Source: an uncultured Alteromonas sp. (GTDB lineage: Bacteria > Bacteroidota > Bacteroidia > Flavobacteriales > Flavobacteriaceae). From it: a stretch of DNA of 64,000 bases. The stretch covers positions 18,933 through 82,932 of the forward strand of contig CAZBWO010000011.1 of the NCBI GenBank assembly GCA_964495885.1, written 5' to 3'. Position 1 is the stretch's first letter, and each line of letters starts with the position of its first letter. Made by a program: the position numbers and the translations under genes. This document shows, piece after piece, positions 45,202 to 54,288 of the stretch. Under the pieces are notes generated by a model. That model did no database searches. It saw only the letters and a list, made by a program, of their open reading frames with translations, and had not been told where the DNA came from.

Positions 45202-46968
45202 CTAGTGCTGTTGGGCTTCTCCAGCACCACTTGGTATTCTAATATGCTCTACAATGTCCTGTACATTTTTTGGCGGAGCAGCGGTTACCCTTGAAATGAC
45301 CACGGAAATCACCACGTTTACAATCATAGCTATGGTTCCGAAGCCTTCAGGGGAAGTTCCAAACCACCAGTCTTCAGCAGTTCCTCCTCCAAACATTCCT
45401 AATTTGTATTTCATCATATAAAATAACATCAATAGTATTCCAACGACCATTCCCGTTACCGCTCCTTGTTTGTTCATTCGTTTGTCAAAAATCCCTAAAA
45501 TGATGGCTGGGAAGAAGGAAGCTGCCGCAAGCCCGAATGCGAGGGCAACAACCGCTGCAACAAATCCTGGCGGGTTGATTCCGAAGTATCCAGCAATGAT
45601 GATGGCTCCAAGGATAGAGAAACGTGCTGCCCAAAGCTCTCCTTTTTCGGAAATATTAGGCTTAATCTGTTTTTTAATCAAATCGTGTGAAATAGAAGTT
45701 GAAATAACCAACAATAATCCAGCTGCTGTTGAAAGCGCAGCTGCTAATCCCCCTGCTGCAACTAAAGCAATAACCCAGTTAGGGAGCTTGGCAATTTCTG
45801 GATTGGCCAATACCATGATATCGCGGTCCACGTACAATTCATTTGTTTCGCCATTGGCATTTGAGATAGTGCGTTCACCATGTGTTCCTCGGCCTTCGGT
45901 GTACACAGGTTTTTTTCCGTCAATTGCACTTCCGGCTACATACTGTATTTTTCCATCCCCATTTTTATCACTCCAGGCAATGAGTCCGGTGTCCTCCCAA
46001 TTTTTAAACCATTGGGGTACTTCCGTATAGTTGGTATTTTCAACCGTTTCAATAAGGTTTGTTCTGGCGAATACAGCTACAGCAGGTGCTGTGGTATATA
46101 GGATAGCAATGAACAATAAAGCCAATCCAGCCGATTTCCGGGCATCTTTCACCTTGGGAACGGTAAAAAACCGAACAATTACGTGAGGTAATCCCGCCGT
46201 ACCCACCATAAGCGCTAGGGTAATTGCAAATACGTCCCAAGTAGATTTGGTTCCAGAGGTGTATTCTTTAAACCCTAATTGGGTATGTAGGTTATCCAGT
46301 TTTTCCAATAGATATGTACCATCTTCCAGTGTACCTCCCATTCCAATTTGAGGGATAGGGTTACCTGTCATTTGTATGGAGATAAATATTGCCGGCACCA
46401 TGAATGCGAATATCAACACACAATATTGTGCTACCTGGGTATAGGTGATTCCTTTCATTCCGCCAAGGAAGGCAAAAACCAGCACCACGGCCATTCCAAT
46501 AATCACTCCAAGGGTAATATCTACTTGAAGAAATTGGGAGAATACAATACCTACCCCCCGCATTTGTCCCGCCACATAGGTGAAGGATACAATTAGTGCA
46601 CAAATAACTGCTACGGTTCTTGCGGTGTTTGAATAATACCGATCCCCAATAAAATCTGGAACCGTAAATTTTCCAAATTTCCGTAAATATGGGGCTAAAA
46701 GGAGTGCTAGTAGTACATATCCTCCGGTCCATCCCATAAGGAAAACAGAACCGTCGTATCCCATGAAGGAAATTAATCCGGCCATAGAGATAAAAGAAGC
46801 CGCGCTCATCCAATCGGCGGCTGTAGCCATTCCGTTTGCTAGTGGGGAAACACCTCCGCCAGCTACGTAAAATTCTTTAGTGGAACCCGCTCGGGCCCAA
46901 ATTGCAATTCCAAAATAGAGGGTGAATGTAACCCCTACTAAAATCCATGTCCAAACTTGAACGCTCAT
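45202..46968 (-). CDS. Na+/solute symporter large subunit, VC_2705/ActP-like (acetate/monocarboxylate permease)
   Basis: 588 aa, SSF family. It is immediately preceded by a DUF4212-type small subunit and embedded in an acs locus. Confidence 0.88.
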   Translation of the reverse strand: MSVQVWTWILVGVTFTLYFGIAIWARAGSTKEFYVAGGGVSPLANGMATAADWMSAASFISMAGLISFMGYDGSVFLMGWTGGYVLLALLLAPYLRKFGKFTVPDFIGDRYYSNTARTVAVICALIVSFTYVAGQMRGVGIVFSQFLQVDITLGVIIGMAVVLVFAFLGGMKGITYTQVAQYCVLIFAFMVPAIFISIQMTGNPIPQIGMGGTLEDGTYLLEKLDNLHTQLGFKEYTSGTKSTWDVFAITLALMVGTAGLPHVIVRFFTVPKVKDARKSAGLALLFIAILYTTAPAVAVFARTNLIETVENTNYTEVPQWFKNWEDTGLIAWSDKNGDGKIQYVAGSAIDGKKPVYTEGRGTHGERTISNANGETNELYVDRDIMVLANPEIAKLPNWVIALVAAGGLAAALSTAAGLLLVISTSISHDLIKKQIKPNISEKGELWAARFSILGAIIIAGYFGINPPGFVAAVVALAFGLAAASFFPAIILGIFDKRMNKQGAVTGMVVGILLMLFYMMKYKLGMFGGGTAEDWWFGTSPEGFGTIAMIVNVVISVVISRVTAAPPKNVQDIVEHIRIPSGAGEAQQH

Positions 46969-46992
46969 AATATGTAGTTTTTTTAGTTAGGG

Positions 46993-47250
46993 CTACTCGT
47001 CGTAACCGTATTTTTTATCGAGTTTATTCATTAATCTCACGTATACGAAAATAAGGATCACGAATACGTAGATAGAGCCTTGTTGGGCGAACCAGAATCC
47101 TAGTTTGAACCCTCCTAATTTGATGCTATTGAGCGCATCGCAAAATATGATGCCACATCCATAGGAAACGATAAACCAGATGGTAAGAAGGATTACCAGG
47201 TATTTCAGGTTTTCTTTCCAATAGGCAACTGCTTTGTTTTTTTCAGTCAT
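46993..47250 (-). CDS. Solute:sodium symporter small subunit (DUF4212)
   Basis: 85 aa, two TM. ...LGGFKLGFWFAQQGSIYVFVILIFVY... matches the DUF4212 core as I remember it. Confidence 0.8.
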   Translation of the reverse strand: MTEKNKAVAYWKENLKYLVILLTIWFIVSYGCGIIFCDALNSIKLGGFKLGFWFAQQGSIYVFVILIFVYVRLMNKLDKKYGYDE

Positions 47251-47261
47251 GATTATTGATA

Positions 47262-48512
47262 TTAGAGATAGATCATGGCTTGCAGCGTAACAGTTCCTTG
47301 TTCGCTATCGCCAAATTTTTGATTTTTATATTCCAAGGTAAGTTTGGAGTTGTGACCGCTAAAGAAGGCGTTTGCCCCTAGTCCGAATACATTTCGGTTG
47401 TCATCTACTGCATCATAGCTATTGGAAGCAAAGGATACAAATGGTTGGAAACGGGTTTTCTTATCGGTTCCAGGAATCACATATCCAGCATGTGCAAAGA
47501 GCATGCTTCCAGTTCCGTAGGCGCTATAAAGGTAATTTTCACCGTAATCATTAGATTGAAAGGTAGCATATCCTGTAATGGCAGCACCATTTTCTCCTAG
47601 CGGGGCATCATAAAATGCATCTACGGCAAATATAGCCACATCTTCTCCTTGCAGTTCTCCGCTTTCCAATCTAACAGCTCCACTTGGATGGAAGAAAAAT
47701 CCAGCCCCTACATTGAAGACTTTTTTGGTCCCAAGATAAGTTCCCACTTTGTAGGGAAGGAAATTAGATTCCTGATCAAAAATCTGATAATCAAAATAAC
47801 CAGCATAGGTAAAACCAGCATCTTTAGAGCCTAAGAGCTTTTTCCCTGCATAATATGTTCTATTAGGGTCTAATGCTACATTTCCTTCATCATCATATTG
47901 AATCACATTCTCAACTTCCAGACTATTGGTAAGGGCATCGTTTATTGCTACCCGATATTGTAGTTTTCCAAACTTTCCTTTTCCGTAAACACCAAGATGT
48001 CTAGCAAATTGATCTGAAAGCCCAATTGTTGCCCAAGACTGTCTGTTGTTGTCTAGGGTTAACATATTGAGTGTGCTTTGATTGTTTAAACGGGAAATCC
48101 CGTTCCAATAATGGAGACCACCCCCAATGGCATGATCAGATCCAATGGAATATTGGGCCCATACATCATGAAAGAATAATTGGGAGCCACTTCCTTTTCC
48201 TGTAGGACTTAATTGTCCTGCATTTAGACTATTTAGTCCAAAATGGGTAAGAATCAGGAAGTCTTTGTTGATTTGCGCAAAAGCAAGGATACGGGCCCTT
48301 CTAAGGTTGAATCCAAGGTTACTGGAATTGTCTGGAACTTCGTCTGTGTACGTTGCTTGAACTTGTGCCCAAGAAATGATGCGGAGGTACTTGTTTCCCT
48401 CCTCATCAAATTTCACTTTGAGTCCGCCACCATAATCTGGTGAGCCTTGCGAAAAGGCATTCTGAAAAGCAAACAAACAGCAGCTTAACAGGATTAGAGC
48501 AAGTTTTCTCAT
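47262..48512 (-). CDS. Outer-membrane porin (beta-barrel), first gene of the symporter operon
   Basis: 416 aa. Signal peptide MRKLALILLSCCLFAFQNAFSQ, alternating beta-strand pattern, and a C-terminal ...TLQAMIYL. It lies 11 nt upstream of the small-subunit gene. Confidence 0.75.
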   Translation of the reverse strand: MRKLALILLSCCLFAFQNAFSQGSPDYGGGLKVKFDEEGNKYLRIISWAQVQATYTDEVPDNSSNLGFNLRRARILAFAQINKDFLILTHFGLNSLNAGQLSPTGKGSGSQLFFHDVWAQYSIGSDHAIGGGLHYWNGISRLNNQSTLNMLTLDNNRQSWATIGLSDQFARHLGVYGKGKFGKLQYRVAINDALTNSLEVENVIQYDDEGNVALDPNRTYYAGKKLLGSKDAGFTYAGYFDYQIFDQESNFLPYKVGTYLGTKKVFNVGAGFFFHPSGAVRLESGELQGEDVAIFAVDAFYDAPLGENGAAITGYATFQSNDYGENYLYSAYGTGSMLFAHAGYVIPGTDKKTRFQPFVSFASNSYDAVDDNRNVFGLGANAFFSGHNSKLTLEYKNQKFGDSEQGTVTLQAMIYL

Positions 48513-48621
48513 TTTTTGGTCGATTAATTAGAGTTAATAATTGGTCTTGTGTGCCTTACGAATCTCCAAAAAAGAATGAGTGCAATAAAAAGTAATATAT
48601 ATATTTGCTAATAAAGTATAG

Positions 48622-49041
48622 TTAATCCCTAAAACGCTCCCATTTAATAAGCATAAACTTGTCTCCAAGCTCTGTGATAACTACACCAGCCCCTGAAAGA
48701 TTTTCGGTTCTTTGAAAGTAATTTGAAAGTTCGTTCGCGTTTAGGATTCGGTAGGTTGGATGGTAATCGCCGTGGTACGGTCTCTTGATATTGTATTTTT
48801 TCACCCAATTAATAATACTCACATGGGAGACACCCAATATACGTTCTATTTCCCGGTAGGTGAGGCCCTCTAGATAAAGCTGTAGTGCTTTGTTTACGTA
48901 GTAGTCATCAATTTTTTTCCCTAGTTTGTTCACTGTAAAATAATACTTGCATTCCTTGCATTTGTAACGCTGCCTATTGGCTACAATACCGCTTTTGATA
49001 TAGCTTTCGGAACCGCAATTGGGACAGTGATTAATTTTCAT
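48622..49041 (-). CDS. InsA-like Zn-ribbon + HTH protein (IS1 InsA/COG3677-like N-terminus) with an extra C-terminal domain
   Basis: MKINHCPNCGSESYIKSGIVANRQRYKCKECKYYFT (CxxC...CxxC), HTH ...TYREIERILGVSHVSIINWVKKY..., then about 50 further residues. The track start 49077 is TTG, and ATG 49041 is preferred. Confidence 0.65.
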   Translation of the reverse strand: MKINHCPNCGSESYIKSGIVANRQRYKCKECKYYFTVNKLGKKIDDYYVNKALQLYLEGLTYREIERILGVSHVSIINWVKKYNIKRPYHGDYHPTYRILNANELSNYFQRTENLSGAGVVITELGDKFMLIKWERFRD

Positions 49042-49151
49042 ATATATAAAATTAGCATAAATATATTTATTTAGCAATAATTGTTAACGAAATGTAAAAG
49101 AATTTTCTACCTTGTCTATGCAAAACCACTAGTATTTCTAAGCGTTCAATC

Positions 49152-51056
49152 ATGGGAAACAATACAATTTCCTTACGGATATTTGATTTTCTAAAGAATT
49201 TTCCGCCATTTCATATTCTTGAAAAGGAACAACTTCTGGAAATTAGTAGCGCTGTGAAAGTGCTTTATTTTGAAGATGGCGAAACAGTTTTTAAGTTAGG
49301 AGATTTACCGCAACCACACTTTTTTGTGGTTCATGAGGGCGCTGTTGGTTTGTACTCAGATACTGAAGGCGGGCAACTGCTCATTAATATTTGTGACGAA
49401 GGCGAGGTATTTGGTCTTCGTCCAATTATAGAAAAGGATGCCTACAAGCTTCATGCATCCACCAGGGAAGAATCCATTCTTTATGCCATTCCTGTTGATG
49501 CTATTTTGCCATTTATGGAAGTGAATGCAGAATTGAAGCAATTTATAATCGCTAGTTTTAATGTAAATCTTGCGAACGGCGGCAAACAATTTTCCACTAC
49601 TTCCTCGAAAGAACCGTTTAGTGATGGGTTTTTTGATCATCAACTAGTACAATTTAGCAAGAACCCTATTGTTTGTGATGATTCCCATACCATTCAGCAA
49701 GCTGCTTTGTTAATGGAAAAACATCGGGTAGGATCTGTAATTGTAGTAAACGATCAATATCCAAAAGGGATCATAACCGATAAGGATTTGAGGCTTAAGG
49801 TAGCCACTGGAAAGGTGGGAATTAATGCTTTGGCCTCAGAAATTATGTCTTCCCCGGTTATCACGGCTTCAGCTCAATTAACAGTTGCCGAAGCACAGAT
49901 TATGATGCTTCAGCATAAAATAACACACTTGTGCATCACTAAAGATGGGACACCCCAAAGTGTTTTGGTCGGGGTACTTTCCGAACACGATATTGTAGCT
50001 CTTAGAAGCAACAATCCTTATTCCTTGCTAAAGGAAATAAAAAGGGCCAAGGATATAGAGGGGGTAAAAAACTGTCGTTTAAAGCTTTCCAAACTTATTG
50101 AAAAGTATATACAACAACAGGCTCCCATGGTTTTCGTTACTCAAATTTCGGGAGCTATAAATGATGCCCTTACACAACAAATTATCAAATTGAGTATTGC
50201 AGAAATGGACACTCCGCCGCCTGTTCCTTTTGGTTGGTTAGCATTGGGTAGCCAAGGAAGGAATGAGCAATTACTGTTAACAGATCAAGATAATGCCTTG
50301 GTTTTTGGGGAGGTGACAGAAGCTGAAAAGAAAGTTGTGTCACAGTATTTTTTATCCCTTGCGGAAAAAGTAAATACGGGCCTTCATACTATTGGTTATG
50401 TATATTGCCCTGCGGAGATGATGGCCAAAAACCCCAAGTGGTGTCTTTCATTGACAGATTGGAAAAAACAATTTCAGCATTGGATTACCCGCCCGGATGA
50501 AGAGTCTATGATGTTGTGTACGATCTTTTTTGATTTCAAATGTGTTTACGGGGATGCATCACTTTCCGAAGCTTTGGCGCAACATATTTTTTCTTCCATT
50601 GGGGATTATGAGGTGTTTTTGAACTATCTCGCACGAAATGCAATTCAAAACCCTGCCCCAATTGGCTTTTTTAGACAATTTATTGTAGAAAAGGATGCGC
50701 AGCACAAAAATGAATTTGACTTAAAGGCGAGGGCACTTATGCCTTTAATTGATGCTGCTAGGGTTTTATTGTTTTCACATAGTGTAAGCGGAAAAAATAA
50801 TACCATGGAACGATACGAAGCCTTGATGGAAATTGAGCCACAGAATGAAGAATTGTTTGCATCTTGCCAAGAAGCATTTTCCCTGCTGTTACGGTTCAGA
50901 ACAGAGCAGGGGTTTAAGGCAGAGGACTCTGGAAGATACCTTCCGCTGGAATCTTTAAATAAAATGGAAAAGTTGCAACTACGAGCTTGTTTCAAACCTT
51001 TAAAGGATATTCAGGAGTTGCTTCGGGTTCGTTTTCAACTTTCACAAATCACCTAA
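49152..51056 (+). CDS. Signal-transduction protein: cNMP-binding domain + tandem CBS + DUF294 pol-beta nucleotidyltransferase + DUF294_C
   Basis: 634 aa. cNMP-like ...GEVFGLRPII.... CBS ...HRVGSVIVVNDQYPKGIITDKDL... and ...ITHLCITKDGTPQSVLVGVLSEHDI.... NTase ...LALGSQGRNEQLLLTDQDNALVF... Confidence 0.85.
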   Translation: MGNNTISLRIFDFLKNFPPFHILEKEQLLEISSAVKVLYFEDGETVFKLGDLPQPHFFVVHEGAVGLYSDTEGGQLLINICDEGEVFGLRPIIEKDAYKLHASTREESILYAIPVDAILPFMEVNAELKQFIIASFNVNLANGGKQFSTTSSKEPFSDGFFDHQLVQFSKNPIVCDDSHTIQQAALLMEKHRVGSVIVVNDQYPKGIITDKDLRLKVATGKVGINALASEIMSSPVITASAQLTVAEAQIMMLQHKITHLCITKDGTPQSVLVGVLSEHDIVALRSNNPYSLLKEIKRAKDIEGVKNCRLKLSKLIEKYIQQQAPMVFVTQISGAINDALTQQIIKLSIAEMDTPPPVPFGWLALGSQGRNEQLLLTDQDNALVFGEVTEAEKKVVSQYFLSLAEKVNTGLHTIGYVYCPAEMMAKNPKWCLSLTDWKKQFQHWITRPDEESMMLCTIFFDFKCVYGDASLSEALAQHIFSSIGDYEVFLNYLARNAIQNPAPIGFFRQFIVEKDAQHKNEFDLKARALMPLIDAARVLLFSHSVSGKNNTMERYEALMEIEPQNEELFASCQEAFSLLLRFRTEQGFKAEDSGRYLPLESLNKMEKLQLRACFKPLKDIQELLRVRFQLSQIT

Positions 51057-51715
51057 TTTTGGCATTCTTCAGCAAAAAGAAATATCCACCCTATTGGAAT
51101 CGGTACCTTGAGGGATTTTCCGAAAAACCCCCAAAAAGCATTGTAGATGCCAGATTTATAGTCTTTGACACCGAAACCACAGGGCTCAACCCATCTAACG
51201 ACAAACTACTTTCCATAGGCGCTGTCACCGTGCAAGGAAATTGCATTGATGTGCAGCAGAGTTTTGAAGTTTTTGTGGAACAGGAAAAATTTACCCCAGA
51301 GACCGTACAAATACATGGGATTAGAAAAGCGGGATCCGTAAACAAAATTACGGAAGCAAAAGCAATGGAGGCTTTTCTTGATTTTTTGGAAAATGGAATC
51401 CTGGTTGCGCATCACGTTGATTTTGATGTGGCGATGATCAATGGAGCGTTGAAACAACTGAAGCTTCCGAAGTTAAAAAACAATTGCATAGATACTGGGG
51501 ACCTTTATCGCATGCTTTTGGGTAAACCGCAACGCCCTATTTCACTGGACGCCCTTTGTGAGGAATTCGGCGTAAAAACCCATGATAGGCATAATGCTTT
51601 GGGGGATGCGTTGATTACGGCAATGCTTTTTCAAAAAATTACAAGGCAATTACAACATGAAAAAAAATATACCCTTGCAGATTTATTCCATACGTCCAAA
51701 AGTCATGGTTGGTAG
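50987..51715 (+). CDS. DEDDh 3'-5' exonuclease (DnaQ/epsilon-like)
   Basis: ExoI FIVFDTETTGL, ExoII VAHHVDFDVAMI, ExoIII HNALGDALITAML. ATG 50987 overlaps the upstream gene by 70 nt. The alternative start TTG 51059 lies 2 nt after that gene's stop. Confidence 0.85.
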   Translation: MFQTFKGYSGVASGSFSTFTNHLILAFFSKKKYPPYWNRYLEGFSEKPPKSIVDARFIVFDTETTGLNPSNDKLLSIGAVTVQGNCIDVQQSFEVFVEQEKFTPETVQIHGIRKAGSVNKITEAKAMEAFLDFLENGILVAHHVDFDVAMINGALKQLKLPKLKNNCIDTGDLYRMLLGKPQRPISLDALCEEFGVKTHDRHNALGDALITAMLFQKITRQLQHEKKYTLADLFHTSKSHGW

Positions 51716-51716
51716 C

Positions 51717-53078
51717 CTACCCAAATAGGTGTTTCACCACATCATGTACTTTGCCTACTTTGATGATTTGAATACCGAAGTTTTTCTTTGAAAGTTTACA
51801 GTATTTGGAAATGACAATACAGCCAAAGCCTAGTTTTTCTGCTTCGGAAATGCGTTGCTCAATTCGGTTTACGGGGCGCACTTCACCGGCAAGGCCTATT
51901 TCCGCAGCAAAACAAAGCGATTTATCTATGGGAATATCTACGTTTGAAGAAAGAACTGAAGCCACAATTGCCAAATCTATGGCGGGATCATCCACCGAAA
52001 TTCCACCCGTAATATTTAAAAAGACATCCTTGGCCCCCAATTTAAAACCGGCTCTTTTTTCAAGGACCGCCAAAATCATGTTCAGTCGTTTGGTGTTATA
52101 TCCCGTAGACGATCGCTGAGGCGTTCCATAGACAGCGGTACTCACCAATGCCTGAATTTCAATCATAAGGGGTCGCATGCCCTCTAAGGTGGCGGCAATA
52201 GCGGTTCCGCTAAGGTCTTCGTCGTTTTTGGAAATAAGAATTTCTGAAGGGTTGGACACTTCCTTGAGTCCGTTGGATTGCATTTCAAAAATACCTAGTT
52301 CGTTGGTACTTCCGAAGCGGTTTTTATGTGCCCGAAGGATTCTGTAGACATGATTTCGGTCTCCCTCAAATTGCAACACGGTATCTACCATATGTTCCAA
52401 TATTTTGGGACCCGCAATGTTACCATCTTTGGTAATATGCCCAATAAGGATCACGGGAGTGTGGGTTTCCTTGGCAAATTTAATGAGTTCTGCGGTGCAT
52501 TCCCTTATTTGTGAAATACTACCTGCGGCACTATCCAGATAGTCTGTTTGAAGGGTTTGAATGGAATCAATGACCACGACATTTGGTTCGAGGTCGGCAA
52601 TGTGTTTGAAAATGTTTTGGGTTTTGGTTTCGGTAAGGATAAAGCAGTTGGTTTCTTCCGGAGTAATCCGTTCTGCCCTAAGTTTAATTTGTTGCGCGCT
52701 TTCCTCTCCGGTTACGTATAACGTTTTGTAATGAAGCCGAAGCGCCACCTGTAACATCAACGTGCTTTTTCCAATTCCGGGTTCTCCTCCCAAAAGCGTA
52801 AGGGACCCTGGCACCAATCCTCCTCCCAAGACTCTGTTGAGTTCTTGGTTTTGGGTATCCATACGTACTTCGGAATGGGCAGGGATTTCTGAAATTTTAT
52901 AAGGTTTTGCAGCTCTTTTGGAAGTCCCCTCTGTAGCTTTCCAAGTTGTCTTTTCAGCCTTCTGCACCACTTCTTCCACAATGGTGTTCCATTCCTTACA
53001 AGAGGTACATTGTCCTTGCCATTTTGAAAATTGGGTGCCACAATTTTGGCAGAAAAAAGAGGTCTTAACTTTTGCCAT
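51717..53078 (-). CDS. radA: DNA repair protein RadA/Sms
   Basis: Zn finger CQNCGTQFSKWQGQCTSCKEWNT, Walker A GGEPGIGKST, the KNRFG motif and a Lon-like C-terminal domain. Confidence 0.95.
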   Translation of the reverse strand: MAKVKTSFFCQNCGTQFSKWQGQCTSCKEWNTIVEEVVQKAEKTTWKATEGTSKRAAKPYKISEIPAHSEVRMDTQNQELNRVLGGGLVPGSLTLLGGEPGIGKSTLMLQVALRLHYKTLYVTGEESAQQIKLRAERITPEETNCFILTETKTQNIFKHIADLEPNVVVIDSIQTLQTDYLDSAAGSISQIRECTAELIKFAKETHTPVILIGHITKDGNIAGPKILEHMVDTVLQFEGDRNHVYRILRAHKNRFGSTNELGIFEMQSNGLKEVSNPSEILISKNDEDLSGTAIAATLEGMRPLMIEIQALVSTAVYGTPQRSSTGYNTKRLNMILAVLEKRAGFKLGAKDVFLNITGGISVDDPAIDLAIVASVLSSNVDIPIDKSLCFAAEIGLAGEVRPVNRIEQRISEAEKLGFGCIVISKYCKLSKKNFGIQIIKVGKVHDVVKHLFG

Positions 53079-54229
53079 TAATACCCAAAATCATCTTTAA
53101 TCTTGTCTGCCCGATCCAACATAAGGTCAACTGTAATAAAGTCTACCTCTTCTTTGTCAAAACCAGCCTGGAAGGTACGCATCGCTTTTTTAGGTTCTCC
53201 CATTTCTTCATAATAGCGGCCTAAATAATAATCCCCCAATACGGTATCTGGGTATTGGCGTTGAGCCAAGGATGCAATAATTCTTAAGGATTCCCATTGT
53301 TTTTTCTTTTCACAGGCGGTAGCTGTAGCAATAAAATCATTTACACGGATAGGATTGGTTAAACCGAAAAGATTTTCAATGGTGTTGTATTTATCCTGAA
53401 GGTATTCGTGGATAGGAGTGTCCATTTTCAATAATTTTTCTTCAAATTCTTGTTTGGAAATTGGACGATATACCGAAAAGATTTTTTCCAGTGCCGAAGG
53501 TATGGCTCTTGCCACTAATGAATAGTGTGTAGCTCCTTCAAAATTATCATAGTAATAGGCAAAATTATCGCTTTTGAGTGGTGATAACATTTTGTTGAGG
53601 TCCTCACTTATCTGCATTAAATCCTGAATATCATCTGAACCTGTTGCCAAGTAGTAAAAAATCTTCGACTCAATACTTGGAATCCGTTCTGGGATTCGCT
53701 CATCAAGCATGGGAGCTAAGTCTGGACTCAAACTAATATACCCATTGAATAAGGGAGGGGATTTAAAAAGATAATAATTGATATAGCTTGCTGTAAAATC
53801 ATGACCTACGGCAATAGTAAACTTGGCTGTTCTAAAGTTAGCATCAACCCAAGGCATTAACTCCAGACCAATAAATTCAAAAAAGTCGGCTCCTTTATCA
53901 TCAGGCATAAAGTTGGTGTCATCATAGCTACAGTCATCATAACGCATGTCTCCTTGCATGATCCCAACCACAATGGCTTCGGGCATATCTTCCCAGTAGC
54001 CAAAATAATCTACATTCCCAGCGACTGGTTCAAAAAGATAATTAGCATCCAATACAATGACAATGGGGTATGATTTTTCAATGTTTGCTTCGTAATCCCT
54101 AGGCAATTGAATTTTAAGCTGGCGGGTTTCTTCCAAAAAGGAAGACGGAAATTCTTCATAAATGATCTTAGATTGAGCTGAACCAATCACTGAAATAAAA
54201 GAAAGGAAAAAAAGTAGGTTGTATTTCAT
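53078..54229 (-). CDS. Secreted esterase-family alpha/beta hydrolase with a C-terminal TPR-like region
   Basis: 383 aa. Signal peptide, ...YPIVIVLDANYLFEP... (putative-esterase family style) and a TPR-like ...GDYYLGRYYEEMGEPKKAMRTFQAG.... The stop overlaps the radA ATG (TAATG). Confidence 0.65.
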   Translation of the reverse strand: MKYNLLFFLSFISVIGSAQSKIIYEEFPSSFLEETRQLKIQLPRDYEANIEKSYPIVIVLDANYLFEPVAGNVDYFGYWEDMPEAIVVGIMQGDMRYDDCSYDDTNFMPDDKGADFFEFIGLELMPWVDANFRTAKFTIAVGHDFTASYINYYLFKSPPLFNGYISLSPDLAPMLDERIPERIPSIESKIFYYLATGSDDIQDLMQISEDLNKMLSPLKSDNFAYYYDNFEGATHYSLVARAIPSALEKIFSVYRPISKQEFEEKLLKMDTPIHEYLQDKYNTIENLFGLTNPIRVNDFIATATACEKKKQWESLRIIASLAQRQYPDTVLGDYYLGRYYEEMGEPKKAMRTFQAGFDKEEVDFITVDLMLDRADKIKDDFGY

Positions 54230-54288
54230 GTTCCTAAAATTTAAGGATTGAAAGATACTAATTTTTAAAGAGCGAAACGAGGGTTGGA

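Noticed and set aside
45470-46813. 186-aa antisense ORF and 150-aa same-strand alternate-frame ORF inside the symporter gene
   Set aside because: The symporter frame gives a continuous SSF-family protein. The alternates translate to compositionally odd sequences with no signals. They are frame artefacts.
48622-49077. Active IS1-family insertion sequence
   Set aside because: Only an InsA-like DNA-binding ORF is present. There is no InsB/transposase catalytic ORF, no A6C-type frameshift site and no long terminal inverted repeats or target duplication. It is treated as a CDS or regulator candidate and not as a mobile element.
49152-51715. CBASS-like or other anti-phage defence system (nucleotidyltransferase + nuclease)
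   Set aside because: The NTase is the DUF294/GlnD-like type fused to cNMP and CBS sensors, not a CD-NTase. The context is entirely metabolic (symporter, acs, radA), with no integrases, other defence genes or compositional break. The metabolic-signalling interpretation is preferred, although defence is not strictly excluded.
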